A stretch of DNA of 64,000 nucleotides from NCBI GenBank assembly GCA_963755155.1, contig CAVWIV010000004.1, positions 24,386-88,385 of the forward strand. The letters run 5' to 3'. The DNA is from an uncultured Actinomycetes bacterium (lineage in GTDB: Bacteria > Actinomycetota > Thermoleophilia > Gaiellales > Gaiellaceae). The notes under the pieces were generated by a model. That model was not told the origin of the DNA, made no database searches, and saw only the letters and a list, made by a program, of their open reading frames with translations. Position numbers and translations under genes: made by a program. Shown piece by piece: positions 28,648 through 40,297 of this stretch. The first letter of the stretch is position 1, and each line of letters starts with the position of its first letter.

Positions 28648-29997
28648 GTGGCCCATGTAGCAACCTCGCCCACGACCGCTCCGGTCCCGCCGCAGAACCT
28701 CGATGCCGAAGAGTCCGTCCTCGGCGCGATGATGCTCTCCCCCGGTGCGATCGGAGCGGTCAGCGAGGTGATGTCGGCCACCGACTTCTACCGGGAGAGC
28801 CACGCGAAGATCTACCGCGCGGCGCTGACGCTCTACGGCCGCGGCGAGCCCGTCGACGCGATCACGCTCGTCGACGAGCTCGACCAGCGAGGCGAGCTCG
28901 AGGACGCCGGCGGCAAGGTCCGTATCCACGAGCTGGCGGCGCTCGTTCCTGCCGCCGCGAACGCCTCGCACTACGCGCGCATCGTGCGCGAGATGGCGAC
29001 GCTCCGCGGCCTGATCAGGGCCGGTCAGGAGATCGCCCGGCTCGGCATGGAGCGGCCGGGAGAGACGGCGGAGCTCGTCGACCGCGCCGAGCAGGTCGTC
29101 TTCGACCTCGCGCAGGCGCGCGCTTCTCGCAGGACTTCAGCCACATCGAGGAGCTGCTGAAGGCGAGCTTCGAGCGGATCACGCTCGCTCTACGAGCAGG
29201 GCGCCGACGTCACGGGCGTCCCCTCGGGCTTCCGGGCGATCGACCAGCTCACGTCGGGCTTCCAGCCCGGCAACCTCGTCATCCTCGCGGCGCGGCCAGG
29301 CATGGGGAAGTCCGGCCTCGCGCTCTGCATGGCGGCGAACCTCGCCGTGCGCGCCGAGACACCCGTCGCGCTGTTCACGCCCGAGATGTCGAAGTCGGAG
29401 ATCACGCAGCGCCTCATGTGCTCGGAGGCGAAGGTCGAGTCGCAGCGGCTGCGCAACGGCAAGCTCGCGCCGGACGACTGGCCGCGGCTGACGGCTGCGT
29501 GCGACCGGCTGTCGAAAGCGCCGATCTACGTCGACGACACGGGGTCGATCACGATGATGGAGATCCGCTCGAAGGCGCGCCGGCTGAAGATGCGCGAGCC
29601 GGGGCTCGGCCTCATCATCGTCGACTACCTCCAGCTGATGACGTCCGGCGCGTCGGTCGAGAACCGCGTCCAGGAGGTCTCGGCCATCTCGCGCCAGCTG
29701 AAGGTGCTCGCGCGCGACCTCGAGGTGCCGATCCTCGCGCTCTCGCAGCTGTCGCGCGCCGTCGAGTCGCGCCACGACAAGCGGCCGATCCTCTCGGATC
29801 TTCGCGAGTCCGGCAGCCTCGAGCAGGACGCCGACCTCGTCTTCTTCATCTACCGCGACGACTACTACGACGCGGAGTCCGACCAGCAGGGCCTGGCCGA
29901 GGTGCACCTCGCGAAGCACCGCAACGGGCCCACCGACACCGTGAAGCTCTCGTTCCTCAAGCGATTCGCGAAGTTCGCCGACCTTGCTGGCGGATAA
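28648..29997 (+). CDS. dnaB: Replicative DNA helicase DnaB; two inferred frame breaks (about 29122 and 29187)
   Basis: N-terminal PPQNLDAEESVLGAMML...YRESHAKIYRA. The middle piece QDFSHIEELLKASFERIT is in a second frame. The C-terminal LYEQGADVTGVPSGFRAIDQLTSGFQPGNLVILAARPGMGKSGLAL (Walker A), IIVDYLQLM (Walker B) and SQLSRAVESR...LRESGSLEQDADLV are in a third frame (ORF 29302..29997). Confidence 0.9.
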
Positions 29998-30036
29998 CTG
30001 ACCAAGCCGCCGGATGACTGACCAAGCCGCCGCCTG
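29997..30036. repeat. 20-nt tandem duplication spanning the dnaB stop codon
   Basis: ACTGACCAAGCCGCCGgatg followed by ACTGACCAAGCCGCCGcctg. In context it reads ggaTAActgaccaagccgcc ggaTGActgaccaagccgcc, so each copy is preceded by gga plus a stop codon. Confidence 0.8.
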
Positions 30037-30079
30037 AACCGGAGTAGGAGGAGAGGAGGAACAGAGGACGGAGACGCAG

Positions 30080-30286
30080 ATCATCTGGATTCGCGACACC
30101 GCGACGGCATTCGCAGCCCAGTGCGAGGCCTGCCACCGCGACCGGGCGTGGCCGCCGGTCGCGATCCGTGGCGCGCTGTGCCCCGAGGCCGACGTCGGCT
30201 TCATCACGTGCTTCCGCGGGCATCGGATTCGCGTGCGGCGCTTCCCGCGCGTTCACGCGGAAGCCGTACGCAGCCAGCCCGCGTAG
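30080..30286 (+). CDS. Candidate unannotated small Cys/His-rich (zinc-ribbon-like) protein, about 68 aa; start codon unresolved
   Basis: Frame open from 30038 to TAG 30284-86. Reads IWIRDTATAFAAQCEACHRDRAWPPVAIRGALCPEADVGFITCFRGHRIRVRRFPRVHAEAVRSQPA, with strongly G/C-biased third positions. Purine-rich SD-like runs (ggaggagaggagga, ggacggagac) lie upstream. There is no in-frame ATG/GTG/TTG, only ATC/ATT at 30080-30091. It is absent from the ORF track for that reason. Confidence 0.35.
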   Translation: MIWIRDTATAFAAQCEACHRDRAWPPVAIRGALCPEADVGFITCFRGHRIRVRRFPRVHAEAVRSQPA

Positions 30287-30322
30287 GCGCAACCGGCGCC
30301 GTCCGGCTGTCAGACTGCGCGC

Positions 30323-31594
30323 GTGCCCGCGACGGTGATCATCGGCGCGCAGTGGGGAGACGAGGGCAAGGGCAAGATCGTCGACCTGCTCGCGCGCGAC
30401 TCGGACGTCGTCTGCCGCTACAACGGTGGGCCCGGGGCCGGGCACACGATCGTCGCCGACGGCGAGACGATCAAGCTCAGACACATGCCGTCGGGGATCC
30501 TCTGGGGGAAGGAGTGCGTAATCGGGTCGGGCTGCGTCGTCGACCCGGCGGTCTTCATCGACGAGCTCGACGACCTTGCCGGCCGAGGCGTCTCCGTCGA
30601 CGTCGTGCGCCTGTCGGCCGAGGCGCACATGGTGATGCCGTGGCATGTCGCCCTCGACCAGGCGTCGGAGCGGCGCCTCGGGAAGCTCCAGATCGGCACG
30701 ACGCGGCGGGGCAACGGGCCGGCGTACGCCGACAAGGCGTACCGCCTCGGCATCAGGCTCCAGGATCTCTTCGACCCGAAGATCCTCCGCCAGAAGATCG
30801 AGGTCGCGCTCGCCGAGAAGAACATGTGGCTCGAGCGCATCTACGGCGTCGAGCCGCTCGAGCTCGAGGAGCTCGCGGGGCGCTACGAGGGCTATGCGCA
30901 GCGGCTGCGTCCGTTCCTCGCCGACACGTCGCTGCTCGTCGACCGGGCGCTCCGTGACGGGAAGCGAGTGCTCTTCGAGGGCGCGCACGGAACGCTGCTC
31001 GACATCGACCACGGCACGTATCCCTTCGTCACGTCGTCGTCGACGGTCGCAGGCGGAGCGTGCACAGGGATCGGCATCGGGCCGACGCGGATCGACCGCG
31101 TGATCGGCATTGCGAAGGCGTACGTCACGCGCGTCGGCGAAGGCCCGTTCCCGACGGAGATCGAGGGTGCTGACCAGGAGCGCGTCCGCGAGCTCGGCGC
31201 GGAGTTCGGCACGGTCACCGGGCGCGAGCGGCGTTGCGGCTGGCTCGACCTCGTGGCGCTGCGCTACGCGGTGCGCCTGAACGGCCTGACGTCGCTCGCG
31301 CTCACGAAGCTCGACGTGCTCTCGTCGTTCTCCGAGCTGCCGGTGTGCGTTCGCTACCGGCTTCGCGACGGAACCGAGACCGCCGACTTCCCGGCGAACC
31401 AGAGCGACTTCCACCATGCCGAGCCGGTCTACGAGATCCTCGCCGGCTGGGACGAGCCGATCGACGGCGCGTCGGGCTTTGCCGACCTGCCCGGTTCGGC
31501 CCGCCGCTACACCGAGTTCGTCGAGCGTGAGCTGGACGTACCCGTGGAGCTCATCGGCACCGGCGCCGAGCGCGAGCGCGTCTTGACGCGATAG
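30323..31594 (+). CDS. purA: Adenylosuccinate synthetase
   Basis: VIIGAQWGDEGKGKIVD (P-loop), GTTRRGNGPAY, GAHGTLLDIDHGTYPFVTSS and TGRERRCGWLD. Confidence 0.93.
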   Translation: MPATVIIGAQWGDEGKGKIVDLLARDSDVVCRYNGGPGAGHTIVADGETIKLRHMPSGILWGKECVIGSGCVVDPAVFIDELDDLAGRGVSVDVVRLSAEAHMVMPWHVALDQASERRLGKLQIGTTRRGNGPAYADKAYRLGIRLQDLFDPKILRQKIEVALAEKNMWLERIYGVEPLELEELAGRYEGYAQRLRPFLADTSLLVDRALRDGKRVLFEGAHGTLLDIDHGTYPFVTSSSTVAGGACTGIGIGPTRIDRVIGIAKAYVTRVGEGPFPTEIEGADQERVRELGAEFGTVTGRERRCGWLDLVALRYAVRLNGLTSLALTKLDVLSSFSELPVCVRYRLRDGTETADFPANQSDFHHAEPVYEILAGWDEPIDGASGFADLPGSARRYTEFVERELDVPVELIGTGAERERVLTR

Positions 31595-31614
31595 GTAGTC
31601 CCGCAGTTATCGTA

Positions 31615-31638
31615 CGTGTCCGATGCTTGTCGGACACG
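31615..31638 (+). terminator. 9-bp hairpin after purA that also encloses the next gene's start codon
   Basis: cgtgtccga-tgcttg-tcggacacg. The ATG at 31623-25 lies at the stem/loop junction. Confidence 0.4.
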
Positions 31639-32627
31639 CGCAATCGGTCCTCGCGCCGCCTCGCGCCGACGTTGCCGCCGGTACGGCGTTCGATCTGCTC
31701 GTGGCGCTGGCCGGCGCGTCGGCGGCCGCGCGGGACACGCTCGATCCCGAGCTCCGTGAGGCACTCGATGCCGTGGGAGACACGGCGGGCGAGAGCTGGC
31801 TCAACCTCCTCGGCATCCCACTCGACATCGGGCCGCCGTATGACGCGGCCCGTCTGGGCGATGCCGTCGAGAAGATGGATCCCGTGGACATCCGTCGCCA
31901 CCTGCTCGGCGGCTACGCCTGGTCCTGGTGCACGCTCGCCGGAGCGGACACGATCGACGCGGCCGCGACGGGCGATCGAGCGGCCGGCCGAAAGCTCCTC
32001 GCGCACGAGCGCTACTACGGCGGCAGGGCGCGAGACTCGTTGTCGGTGCTGCTGCCGCTCGACCCGATGGAGACGCGCGATCGGCTCTCGCACGCGCTCG
32101 AGGTAGGCGGTCGGCTCCTGGTCGAGGCCACCGCTGACGGCCTTCAGGCCGCCGCGCGGGCTGCCGAAACGGCGCTCTCCTCCGCGCCGCTCGCAGAGGC
32201 GATCGAGCAGGTCACGGCCGGCTACCGCTACGTCCCCGAGCCGGAGGCCGAGCGCGTGCTGCTCATCCCCCACGTTCAGCGCGAGCCGTGGCTCGTGCTC
32301 GCCCAGCACCGCGCGGCGAGGCTCATCGTCTACCAGGCACGAGCGCAGCGCGGCGCCGAGGAGCGCGTGGCAGCGCTCGGCCGCGCGCTGGCCGACCCGA
32401 AGCGGGTCGAGATCCTCTCTCTCGTCGCGCGCGGCGCAGACCGTGTGTCCGAGCTCGTCGCCCAGACAGGACTCGCGCGATCCACCGTCCATCACCATCT
32501 CGCCGAGCTCCGCGATGCGCGCCTCATCGACCTCGAGGGCAACGCTCGGGCGTATCGCTATCTGCCGCGGCAGGAGGCGCTCGAGGAGACGGTCGCGCTG
32601 CTGTCGGAGGTAATCCCGCGGACGTGA
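31623..32627 (+). CDS. ArsR-family winged-HTH regulator with a roughly 230-aa N-terminal domain of unknown function
   Basis: The C-terminal [48 protein letters not shown] is a canonical ArsR/SmtB HTH. Confidence 0.75.
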   Translation: MLVGHAQSVLAPPRADVAAGTAFDLLVALAGASAAARDTLDPELREALDAVGDTAGESWLNLLGIPLDIGPPYDAARLGDAVEKMDPVDIRRHLLGGYAWSWCTLAGADTIDAAATGDRAAGRKLLAHERYYGGRARDSLSVLLPLDPMETRDRLSHALEVGGRLLVEATADGLQAAARAAETALSSAPLAEAIEQVTAGYRYVPEPEAERVLLIPHVQREPWLVLAQHRAARLIVYQARAQRGAEERVAALGRALADPKRVEILSLVARGADRVSELVAQTGLARSTVHHHLAELRDARLIDLEGNARAYRYLPRQEALEETVALLSEVIPRT

Positions 32628-33430
32628 GACCGATCCGCGTCGCCGTCCAGCTCCACCCGCAGCACGGCGCGTACGACGCGTTGCGCCGTGCCGTCGACCG
32701 CGTCGAGGAGCTCGGCGCCGACCTGCTCTACACGTGGGATCACTTCTTTCCGCTGTACGGAGAGCGCGACGGCGCGCACTTCGAGTGCTGGTCGCTGCTC
32801 GCCGCGTGGGCGGAGCAGACGTCACGCGTCGAGTTGGGGCCGCTCGTGACGTGCAACTCGTACCGCAACCCGCAGCTCCTCGCCGACATGGCGCGCACGG
32901 TCGATCACATCTCGGGCGGCCGCTTCGTGCTCGGCCTGGGCTCCGGATGGTTCCGCCGCGACTACGACGAGTACGGCTACGAGTTCGGGACACACGGGAC
33001 GCGCGGGCGAGCGCTGGCCGCGGCGCTGCCTCTGATCGAGCGCCGTCTCGGGGCTCTCAATCCGCCGCCGGTTCGCCGGATGCCCATCCTCATCGCCGGC
33101 CTGGGCGAACGGATCACGCTGCGGCTCGTGGCCGAGCACGCGGACACCTGGCACGCGTCCTTCCCGGAGGCCCCGGCGGAGCTGGAGCCGAAGGTTCGCG
33201 TGCTCGAGCGGTGGTGCGCGGAGGTCGGCCGCGACCCGGCCGAGATCGAGCGAGGGCTCGGCGTCGAGCCGGACGACCTCGAGCGGTTCGTCACCGAAGA
33301 CGCCGACGACTACGTGGCACTCGGCTTCACGCAGTTCACGCTGGGAGTCAACGGGCCGGCGTGGGAGATCGGCCCGGCTGTCGAAGAGTGGCTCTCCTGG
33401 CGCGACGAGCGCAAGCGTGTGCGGCGCTAG
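32624..33430 (+). CDS. LLM-class (luciferase-like) F420-dependent oxidoreductase, Rv1855c-like
   Basis: GTG 32624 overlaps the ArsR stop (GTGA). Reads [63 protein letters not shown]...[36 protein letters not shown]. The upstream part of ORF 32288..33430 is out-of-frame ArsR sequence. Confidence 0.85.
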   Translation: MRPIRVAVQLHPQHGAYDALRRAVDRVEELGADLLYTWDHFFPLYGERDGAHFECWSLLAAWAEQTSRVELGPLVTCNSYRNPQLLADMARTVDHISGGRFVLGLGSGWFRRDYDEYGYEFGTHGTRGRALAAALPLIERRLGALNPPPVRRMPILIAGLGERITLRLVAEHADTWHASFPEAPAELEPKVRVLERWCAEVGRDPAEIERGLGVEPDDLERFVTEDADDYVALGFTQFTLGVNGPAWEIGPAVEEWLSWRDERKRVRR

Positions 33431-33949
33431 CGAAGCTCCTGCAGCTCCTCCGGCGAGTTGACGTTCGCGAGCAGTCGGGGATCGCACTCGACGTCGGCGA
33501 CGTCCAGCGAGGCGAGGCGTTGCGCATCGCCAGCCTTCCGGCGTCGAGCGCCGGCGTCGAGCGCCCGCAGCGCGTCGTGCGGTAGGCGCCGGGGAGCGGG
33601 CCGGTCTGCGGAATCGCCGCGTCGATCTCGGGCACGCGTCCGCGAGCTAGCCGAGCAGCTCTGCCGTGACGAGCGGGCAGTCGACCGGCAGGACGACGCA
33701 CAGCTCGTACGACGCCGCCCGAAGCGCGGCGACGAGGCCCGGCGATCGATGCTCGCACCTCGGAGCCGTCGTCCAGCACGGGAAACGGGAGCTCGAGCCC
33801 GTCGGACTGCTTGCCGACGGCGAGCCGCTCCTCGCACAGCTCGCCGAGCACGCGCCAGCCGCGCTCCGCGAGCGTCTCGCCGTCGAGCTCCGCAAGGGCT
33901 TTCGGCGAGCCGAAGCGGGTCGACGCGCCGCCCACGAGCAGCACGCCGG

Positions 33950-33968
<19 letters not shown>
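33427..33968 (-). CDS. mobA: Molybdenum cofactor guanylyltransferase MobA; at least 3 inferred frame breaks (33560-33740)
   Basis: [22 protein letters not shown] (N-terminal LxGGxSxRMG-type motif) in one frame, [29 protein letters not shown] in a second, [12 protein letters not shown] back in the first, and [29 protein letters not shown] in a third. TTG 33968 overlaps the fdhD 3' end. Confidence 0.75.
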
Positions 33969-35945
<1,977 letters not shown>

Positions 35946-35953
<8 letters not shown>

Positions 35954-36356
35954 GAGCCCCCTCATCGGCATTCTCGTCGGGTCGGAGTCCGACCTCCCAC
36001 GGATGCAGCCCGGGCTCGACGACCTGAAGGAGCGCGGGATCTCGTTCGAGATCAACGTGCTCTCGGCGCACCGGCAGCCCGACGCGGTTGCGGAGTACGC
36101 GAAGCAGGCCCGCGAGCGAGGCCTACGGGTGCTCATCGCCGGCGCCGGCCTCGCCGCCGCGTTGCCCGGGGTCGTCGCCGCGCACACGACCCTGCCTGTG
36201 ATCGGTGTGCCCCTTCGCTCGTCGATGAGCGTGGGCGACGGGATGGACGCGCTGCTGTCGATCGTGCAGATGCCGCCGGGAGTCCCGGTGGCCTGCGTCG
36301 GCGTCGACAACGCACGGAACGCGGCCGCCCTGGCCGCGCGCATTCTCGACGCGTGA
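35946..36356 (+). CDS. purE: N5-carboxyaminoimidazole ribonucleotide mutase PurE
   Basis: IGILVGSESDLPRM, VLSAHRQPD and IAGAGLAAALPGVVAAHTTLPVIGVP. Overlaps the purD 3' end by 8 nt. Confidence 0.92.
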
Positions 36357-36401
36357 CGGCGCTCCGGTCGCTCCGCCAGGCCCTCACGCTAGGCTGATCT
36401 C

Positions 36402-37714
36402 GTGATCCCGCGCTACTCCCGACCGGCCATGGCCAGGGTCTGGTCGGAGGAGCACAAGCTCGAACGGTGGCTCGAGGTCGAGCTGGCGGCGCTCGACGCC
36501 TGGGCCGAGCTGGGCGTCGTCCCCGTTGACACTGCGCGGTCGGCCAGGGAGCAGGCTGTCGCGCCGACGCCGGAGCGCGTCCGCGAGCTCGAGGAGCGCA
36601 CGGGCCACGACCTGGCCGCCTTCGTCGATGCCGTCGGAGAGGGGCTCGACGCGGAGGGACGGCGCTGGCTCCACTACGGCCTCACCTCCTCGGACGTGCT
36701 CGACACCGCGCTCGCGCTGCAGGTGCGGGAGGCCGGAGCGCTGCTCGTGGAGGGCCTCGACCGCGCCTTCGAAGCGGTCGTCGCCCGGGCCGAGGAGCAC
36801 CGCCGGACGCTGATCATGGGCCGCACGCACGGCGTCCACGCCGAACCGACGACGTTCGGGCTGAAGCTCGCCGGCTGGGCGTTCGAGCTCGATCGCGGCG
36901 CGTGCGCGGCTCGATCGCGCGCTCGAGGGGATGCGGGTCGGCAAGCTCTCCGGCGCCGTCGGCACGTACTCGGCCACGGGCCCGGAGCTCGAGCGGCTTG
37001 CGTGCGAGCGTCTGGGTCTCGAGCCCGCGCCCCACTCCACGCAGATCATCCAGCGCGACCGGCACGCGGAGCTGCTGTCGGTGCTCGCGGTCGTGGCGTC
37101 CTCGCTCGACGCCTTCTGTCTCGAGATCCGGCACCTCGCCCGCACCGAAGTTCGCGAGGTCGAGGAGCCGTTCGCCGCCGGCCAGAAGGGCTCCTCGGCG
37201 ATGCCGCACAAGCGCAATCCGATCACCGCCGAGCGAGATCTGCGGCCTCGCCCGCGTCGTGCGCGGCGCGGCGCAGGTCGGCCTCGAGAACGTCGCACTC
37301 TGGCACGAGCGCGACATCTCGCACTCCTCCGCCGAGCGCGTCGTCATCCCCGACGCGTTCCTCGCCCTCGACTACATGCTCGACCGCTTCGCGTGGCTCG
37401 TCGACGGCCTCGTCGTTCACCCGCAGCGAATGCGCGACAACCTCGACGCGAGCCACGGCCTCTACTTCAGCCAGCGGCTGCTGCTGGCACTCGTCGAGTC
37501 GGGCCTCGAGCGGGAGGATGCCTACCGCGTCGTGCAGCGGCTGGCAATGGAGGCGTGGGACGGCGGGCGCGACTTCCGCGAGCTGGCCGCGGCCGACGAG
37601 GTGGCCGCGCGCGTCGACCTCGCAACCGTCTTCGACCTCGAGCCGTACACGCGGCACGTCGACGTCGTGTTCGACCGACTGGAGACTCTCAGAAAGGAGA
37701 CGATCGATGCCTGA
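36402..37714 (+). CDS. purB: Adenylosuccinate lyase PurB; two inferred frame breaks (about 36899 and 37237)
   Basis: [28 protein letters not shown]...[15 protein letters not shown]...[14 protein letters not shown] (frame 1); [11 protein letters not shown]...[12 protein letters not shown]...[18 protein letters not shown] (signature, frame 2); ICGLARV...[14 protein letters not shown]...TIDA (frame 3). Confidence 0.9.
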
Positions 37715-38562
37715 GCTCGTCGCGAGCGGCAAGGTTCGCGAGATCTACGCGCTCGACGACGAGCGCTTGCTCCTCGTCGCCTCCGACCGCGTCTCGACGT
37801 TCGACGTCGTGCTGCCCACGGAGGTGCCCGACAAGGGCCGCGTGCTGACCGGCCTCTCCGCCTTCTGGTTCGCGCAAACGGCGCACATCTGCCCCAACCA
37901 CCTGCTCGCGCTGCGGCCCGACGGACGCTCCACGGAGTGCCGCCGGTTGCAGATGCTGCCGCTCGAGTGCGTCGTCCGCGGCTACCTCGCCGGCTCCGGC
38001 TGGAAGGACTACCTCGCGGACGGCGCCGTGTGCGGCCACGAGCTGCCCGAAGGGCTGCGCGAGTCGGAGCGCCTGCCTGAGCCGATCTTCACCCCCGCCA
38101 CGAAGGCCGTGGAGGGCCACGACGAGAACATCGACGCCGAGCGGGCGATCGGGCTCGTCGGCGAAGAGCGCTTCCGCGAGCTCGAGCGGCTCTCGCTGGA
38201 GCTCTATTCGTTCGCCTCGAACTACGCAGCGGAGCGCGGGATCATCCTCGCGGACACGAAGCTCGAGCTGGGCCTCGACGGCGAAGAGCGCATCGTGCTC
38301 GCGGATGAGGCGTTCACGCCAGACTCGTCGCGCTTCTGGCCGGCGGACGAGTACGCGCCGGGCGGGCCGCAGCCGTCGTTCGACAAGCAGTTCGTGCGCG
38401 ACTACTGCGAGACGCTCGGCTGGGACAAGAACGCTCCCGGGCCGGAGCTGCCCGAGGACGTGGTGGCCGGCACGCGGGCGCGCTACGTCGAGGCGTTCGA
38501 GCGGCTCACGGGCATCTCCTTTCGACGACTACGTCGCCGACCCGGAGGTCGTGCTGCGATGA
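37707..38562 (+). CDS. purC: SAICAR synthetase PurC; one inferred frame break near 38520
   Basis: [41 protein letters not shown] and [11 protein letters not shown]. The terminal [12 protein letters not shown] is in the adjacent frame (ORF 38305..38562). The start overlaps the purB 3' end. Confidence 0.9.
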
Positions 38563-38798
38563 AGGCAACCGTTCTCGTGCGTCCGAAGGATGGCATCCTC
38601 GATCCGCAGGGCGAGGCAGTCCTCGGGGCGCTTCGTCATCTCGACTTCACCGTGGACGAGGTGCGCATCGGCCGCGTGATCGACATCGAGCTCGCCGCGG
38701 AGGACGCCGAGTCGGCGAGGGCCGAGATCGGCCGGATGTGCGACCAGCTGCTCGCGAACCCGCTCATCGAGTCGTTCGAGATCGAGGTGTCCGAGTGA
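38559..38798 (+). CDS. purS: FGAM synthase subunit PurS
   Basis: [30 protein letters not shown]...IELAAEDAESARAEIGRMCDQLLANPLIESFEIEV. The ATG overlaps the purC stop (ATGA). In the track it is hidden inside ORF 36402..38798. Confidence 0.9.
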   Translation: MKATVLVRPKDGILDPQGEAVLGALRHLDFTVDEVRIGRVIDIELAAEDAESARAEIGRMCDQLLANPLIESFEIEVSE

Positions 38799-39493
38799 TC
38801 GCCGTCGTCACCTTTCCGGGCTCGAACGACGACCGCGACGCAGTCGCCGCGTGCGAGCTGCTCGGCGCCGAGGCACGCCTTGTCTGGCATGCGGACGAGG
38901 AGCTACCGGAGGTGAGCGCTGTCGTGCTGCCCGGAGGCTTCTCGTACGGCGACTACCTTCGCTGCGGCTCCATCGCGCGGTTCGCTCCGGTCATGCGCGC
39001 CGTCGCGGAGTTCGCACGCGGCGGCGGCCTCGTGCTCGGGATCTGCAACGGCTTCCAGATCCTCTGCGAGGCCGGGCTCCTGCCCGGCGCGCTGCGGCCG
39101 AACACCTCGCTCTCCTTCGTTTGCCGGGACGTCGAGCTCGTCGTCGAGCGCGCGGACACGGCGTTCACGTCCCGCTGCGACCAAGGACAGCGGCTCGTGA
39201 TCCCCGTGAAGCACGGGGAGGGCTGTTACATCGCGCCGCCGGGCCTTCGCCCTGAGCAGGTCGTCCTTCGCTACGCAGCCGGCGCGAACCCGAACGGCTC
39301 TGTCGACGACATCGCCGGCGTCGTCTCGGAAGGGGGCAACGTCATGGGCCTCATGCCCCATCCGGAGCACGCCGTCGATCCTCTGCTCGGCTCCGCCGAT
39401 GGAGCGCTCCTTCTCGGCTCGCTCATCGACGCGGCTCGGTCACAGCAGCAAGACCTCGCTGAGCTCGGGACGCTCGCGCAGCGCCGCTCGTAG
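38795..39493 (+). CDS. purQ: FGAM synthase glutaminase subunit PurQ
   Basis: GTG overlaps the purS stop (GTGA). Contains VVTFPGSNDDRD, LPGGFSYGDYLR, GICNGFQILCE (nucleophile Cys) and GLMPHPEH. Confidence 0.92.
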   Translation: MIAVVTFPGSNDDRDAVAACELLGAEARLVWHADEELPEVSAVVLPGGFSYGDYLRCGSIARFAPVMRAVAEFARGGGLVLGICNGFQILCEAGLLPGALRPNTSLSFVCRDVELVVERADTAFTSRCDQGQRLVIPVKHGEGCYIAPPGLRPEQVVLRYAAGANPNGSVDDIAGVVSEGGNVMGLMPHPEHAVDPLLGSADGALLLGSLIDAARSQQQDLAELGTLAQRRS

Positions 39494-39701
39494 CCGCTCG
39501 AGGTCCCGCGCCCTCAGTGTGCACCGGGCCCCGCCGAGCGACACCGTCGGTCGCATAGGCGAACCGGACGAGAGCCTCTCCGTCCTGCGCCTGGAGCAGC
39601 TGGACGATCGAGGAGAAGCGCTTGTTCCCGGCACGCTGCTGGACGCGAACCTCGTCGACGAGCGTCGCCTTCCCCCACGGCGTGGAGATGTCACCGGGCA
39701 T
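39440..39701 (-). CDS. Hypothetical small protein (about 86 aa); one inferred frame break near 39511; 3' end overlaps purQ convergently
   Basis: MPGDISTPWGKATLVDEVRVQQRAGNKRFSSIVQLLQAQDGEALVRFAYATDGVARRGPV (ORF 39423..39701) continues naturally as TLRARDLERLRAALRERPELSEVLLL in ORF 39440..39742. Confidence 0.45.
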
Positions 39702-39754
39702 GCGTCGACGGTAGCCGCTCTCCCGTTACGTGTCTGTGCCAACTCTGTGCCGAA

Positions 39755-40297
39755 TCAGTGCGGGTGCTCGTGGGACTGCACTCCCGGCCCGGGGACCGCC
39801 TCAGTGCGCGGGCCAGACGGCACGCCGTGGAGCTCGGGAGGCGTGGTGAGACCTGGCGGGGGCGAGAGCGGCACCGTCTGAGGCGAGCTCGTCGGCGGGC
39901 CTGCCGCAGGCGTCGGGGCCGCGGGACGCGGAGGCGGCCTCAGGTCCGGCTCCTTCGGCACCTGCGGCCCGCGAGCACCGGCAACCGGTGACTCGGGCGT
40001 CACGGGCGTGGTGGCCGGCTCCGCCGCGGGCGGAGCTGACTGGCCGCCGCTCTTCTCCGGGAGCGGCTGGCGGGCCGCGACGAGCAGGCCGGCCGAGACG
40101 ACCACCGCGGGCTGCGAGCGGTGGACACGGCCCTTCGGGGTGGCGGCAGCGCCGGCGTCGTCCGTCGCGGGCAGCGAGAAGATCGGCGCGGGCAGGGGCA
40201 CGTCGTCCTGAAGCGCCATGCCCCAGAGCTGCACCGCAAGTGTCGTCACCACCACGGCCAGCGTGCAGCGGGCGGCCAGCACGAGCCCGCCCCTCAC
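39755..40297 (-). CDS. Membrane-anchored Pro-rich protein ending HEHPH (hypothetical)
   Basis: GTG 40297 overlaps the cyclase stop (GTGA). TM helix CTLAVVVTTLAVQLWGMAL, then about 140 aa of a Pro/Ala/Thr-rich extended region. It is the in-frame tail of the composite ORF 39755..41539. Confidence 0.5.
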   Translation of the reverse strand: MRGGLVLAARCTLAVVVTTLAVQLWGMALQDDVPLPAPIFSLPATDDAGAAATPKGRVHRSQPAVVVSAGLLVAARQPLPEKSGGQSAPPAAEPATTPVTPESPVAGARGPQVPKEPDLRPPPRPAAPTPAAGPPTSSPQTVPLSPPPGLTTPPELHGVPSGPRTEAVPGPGVQSHEHPH

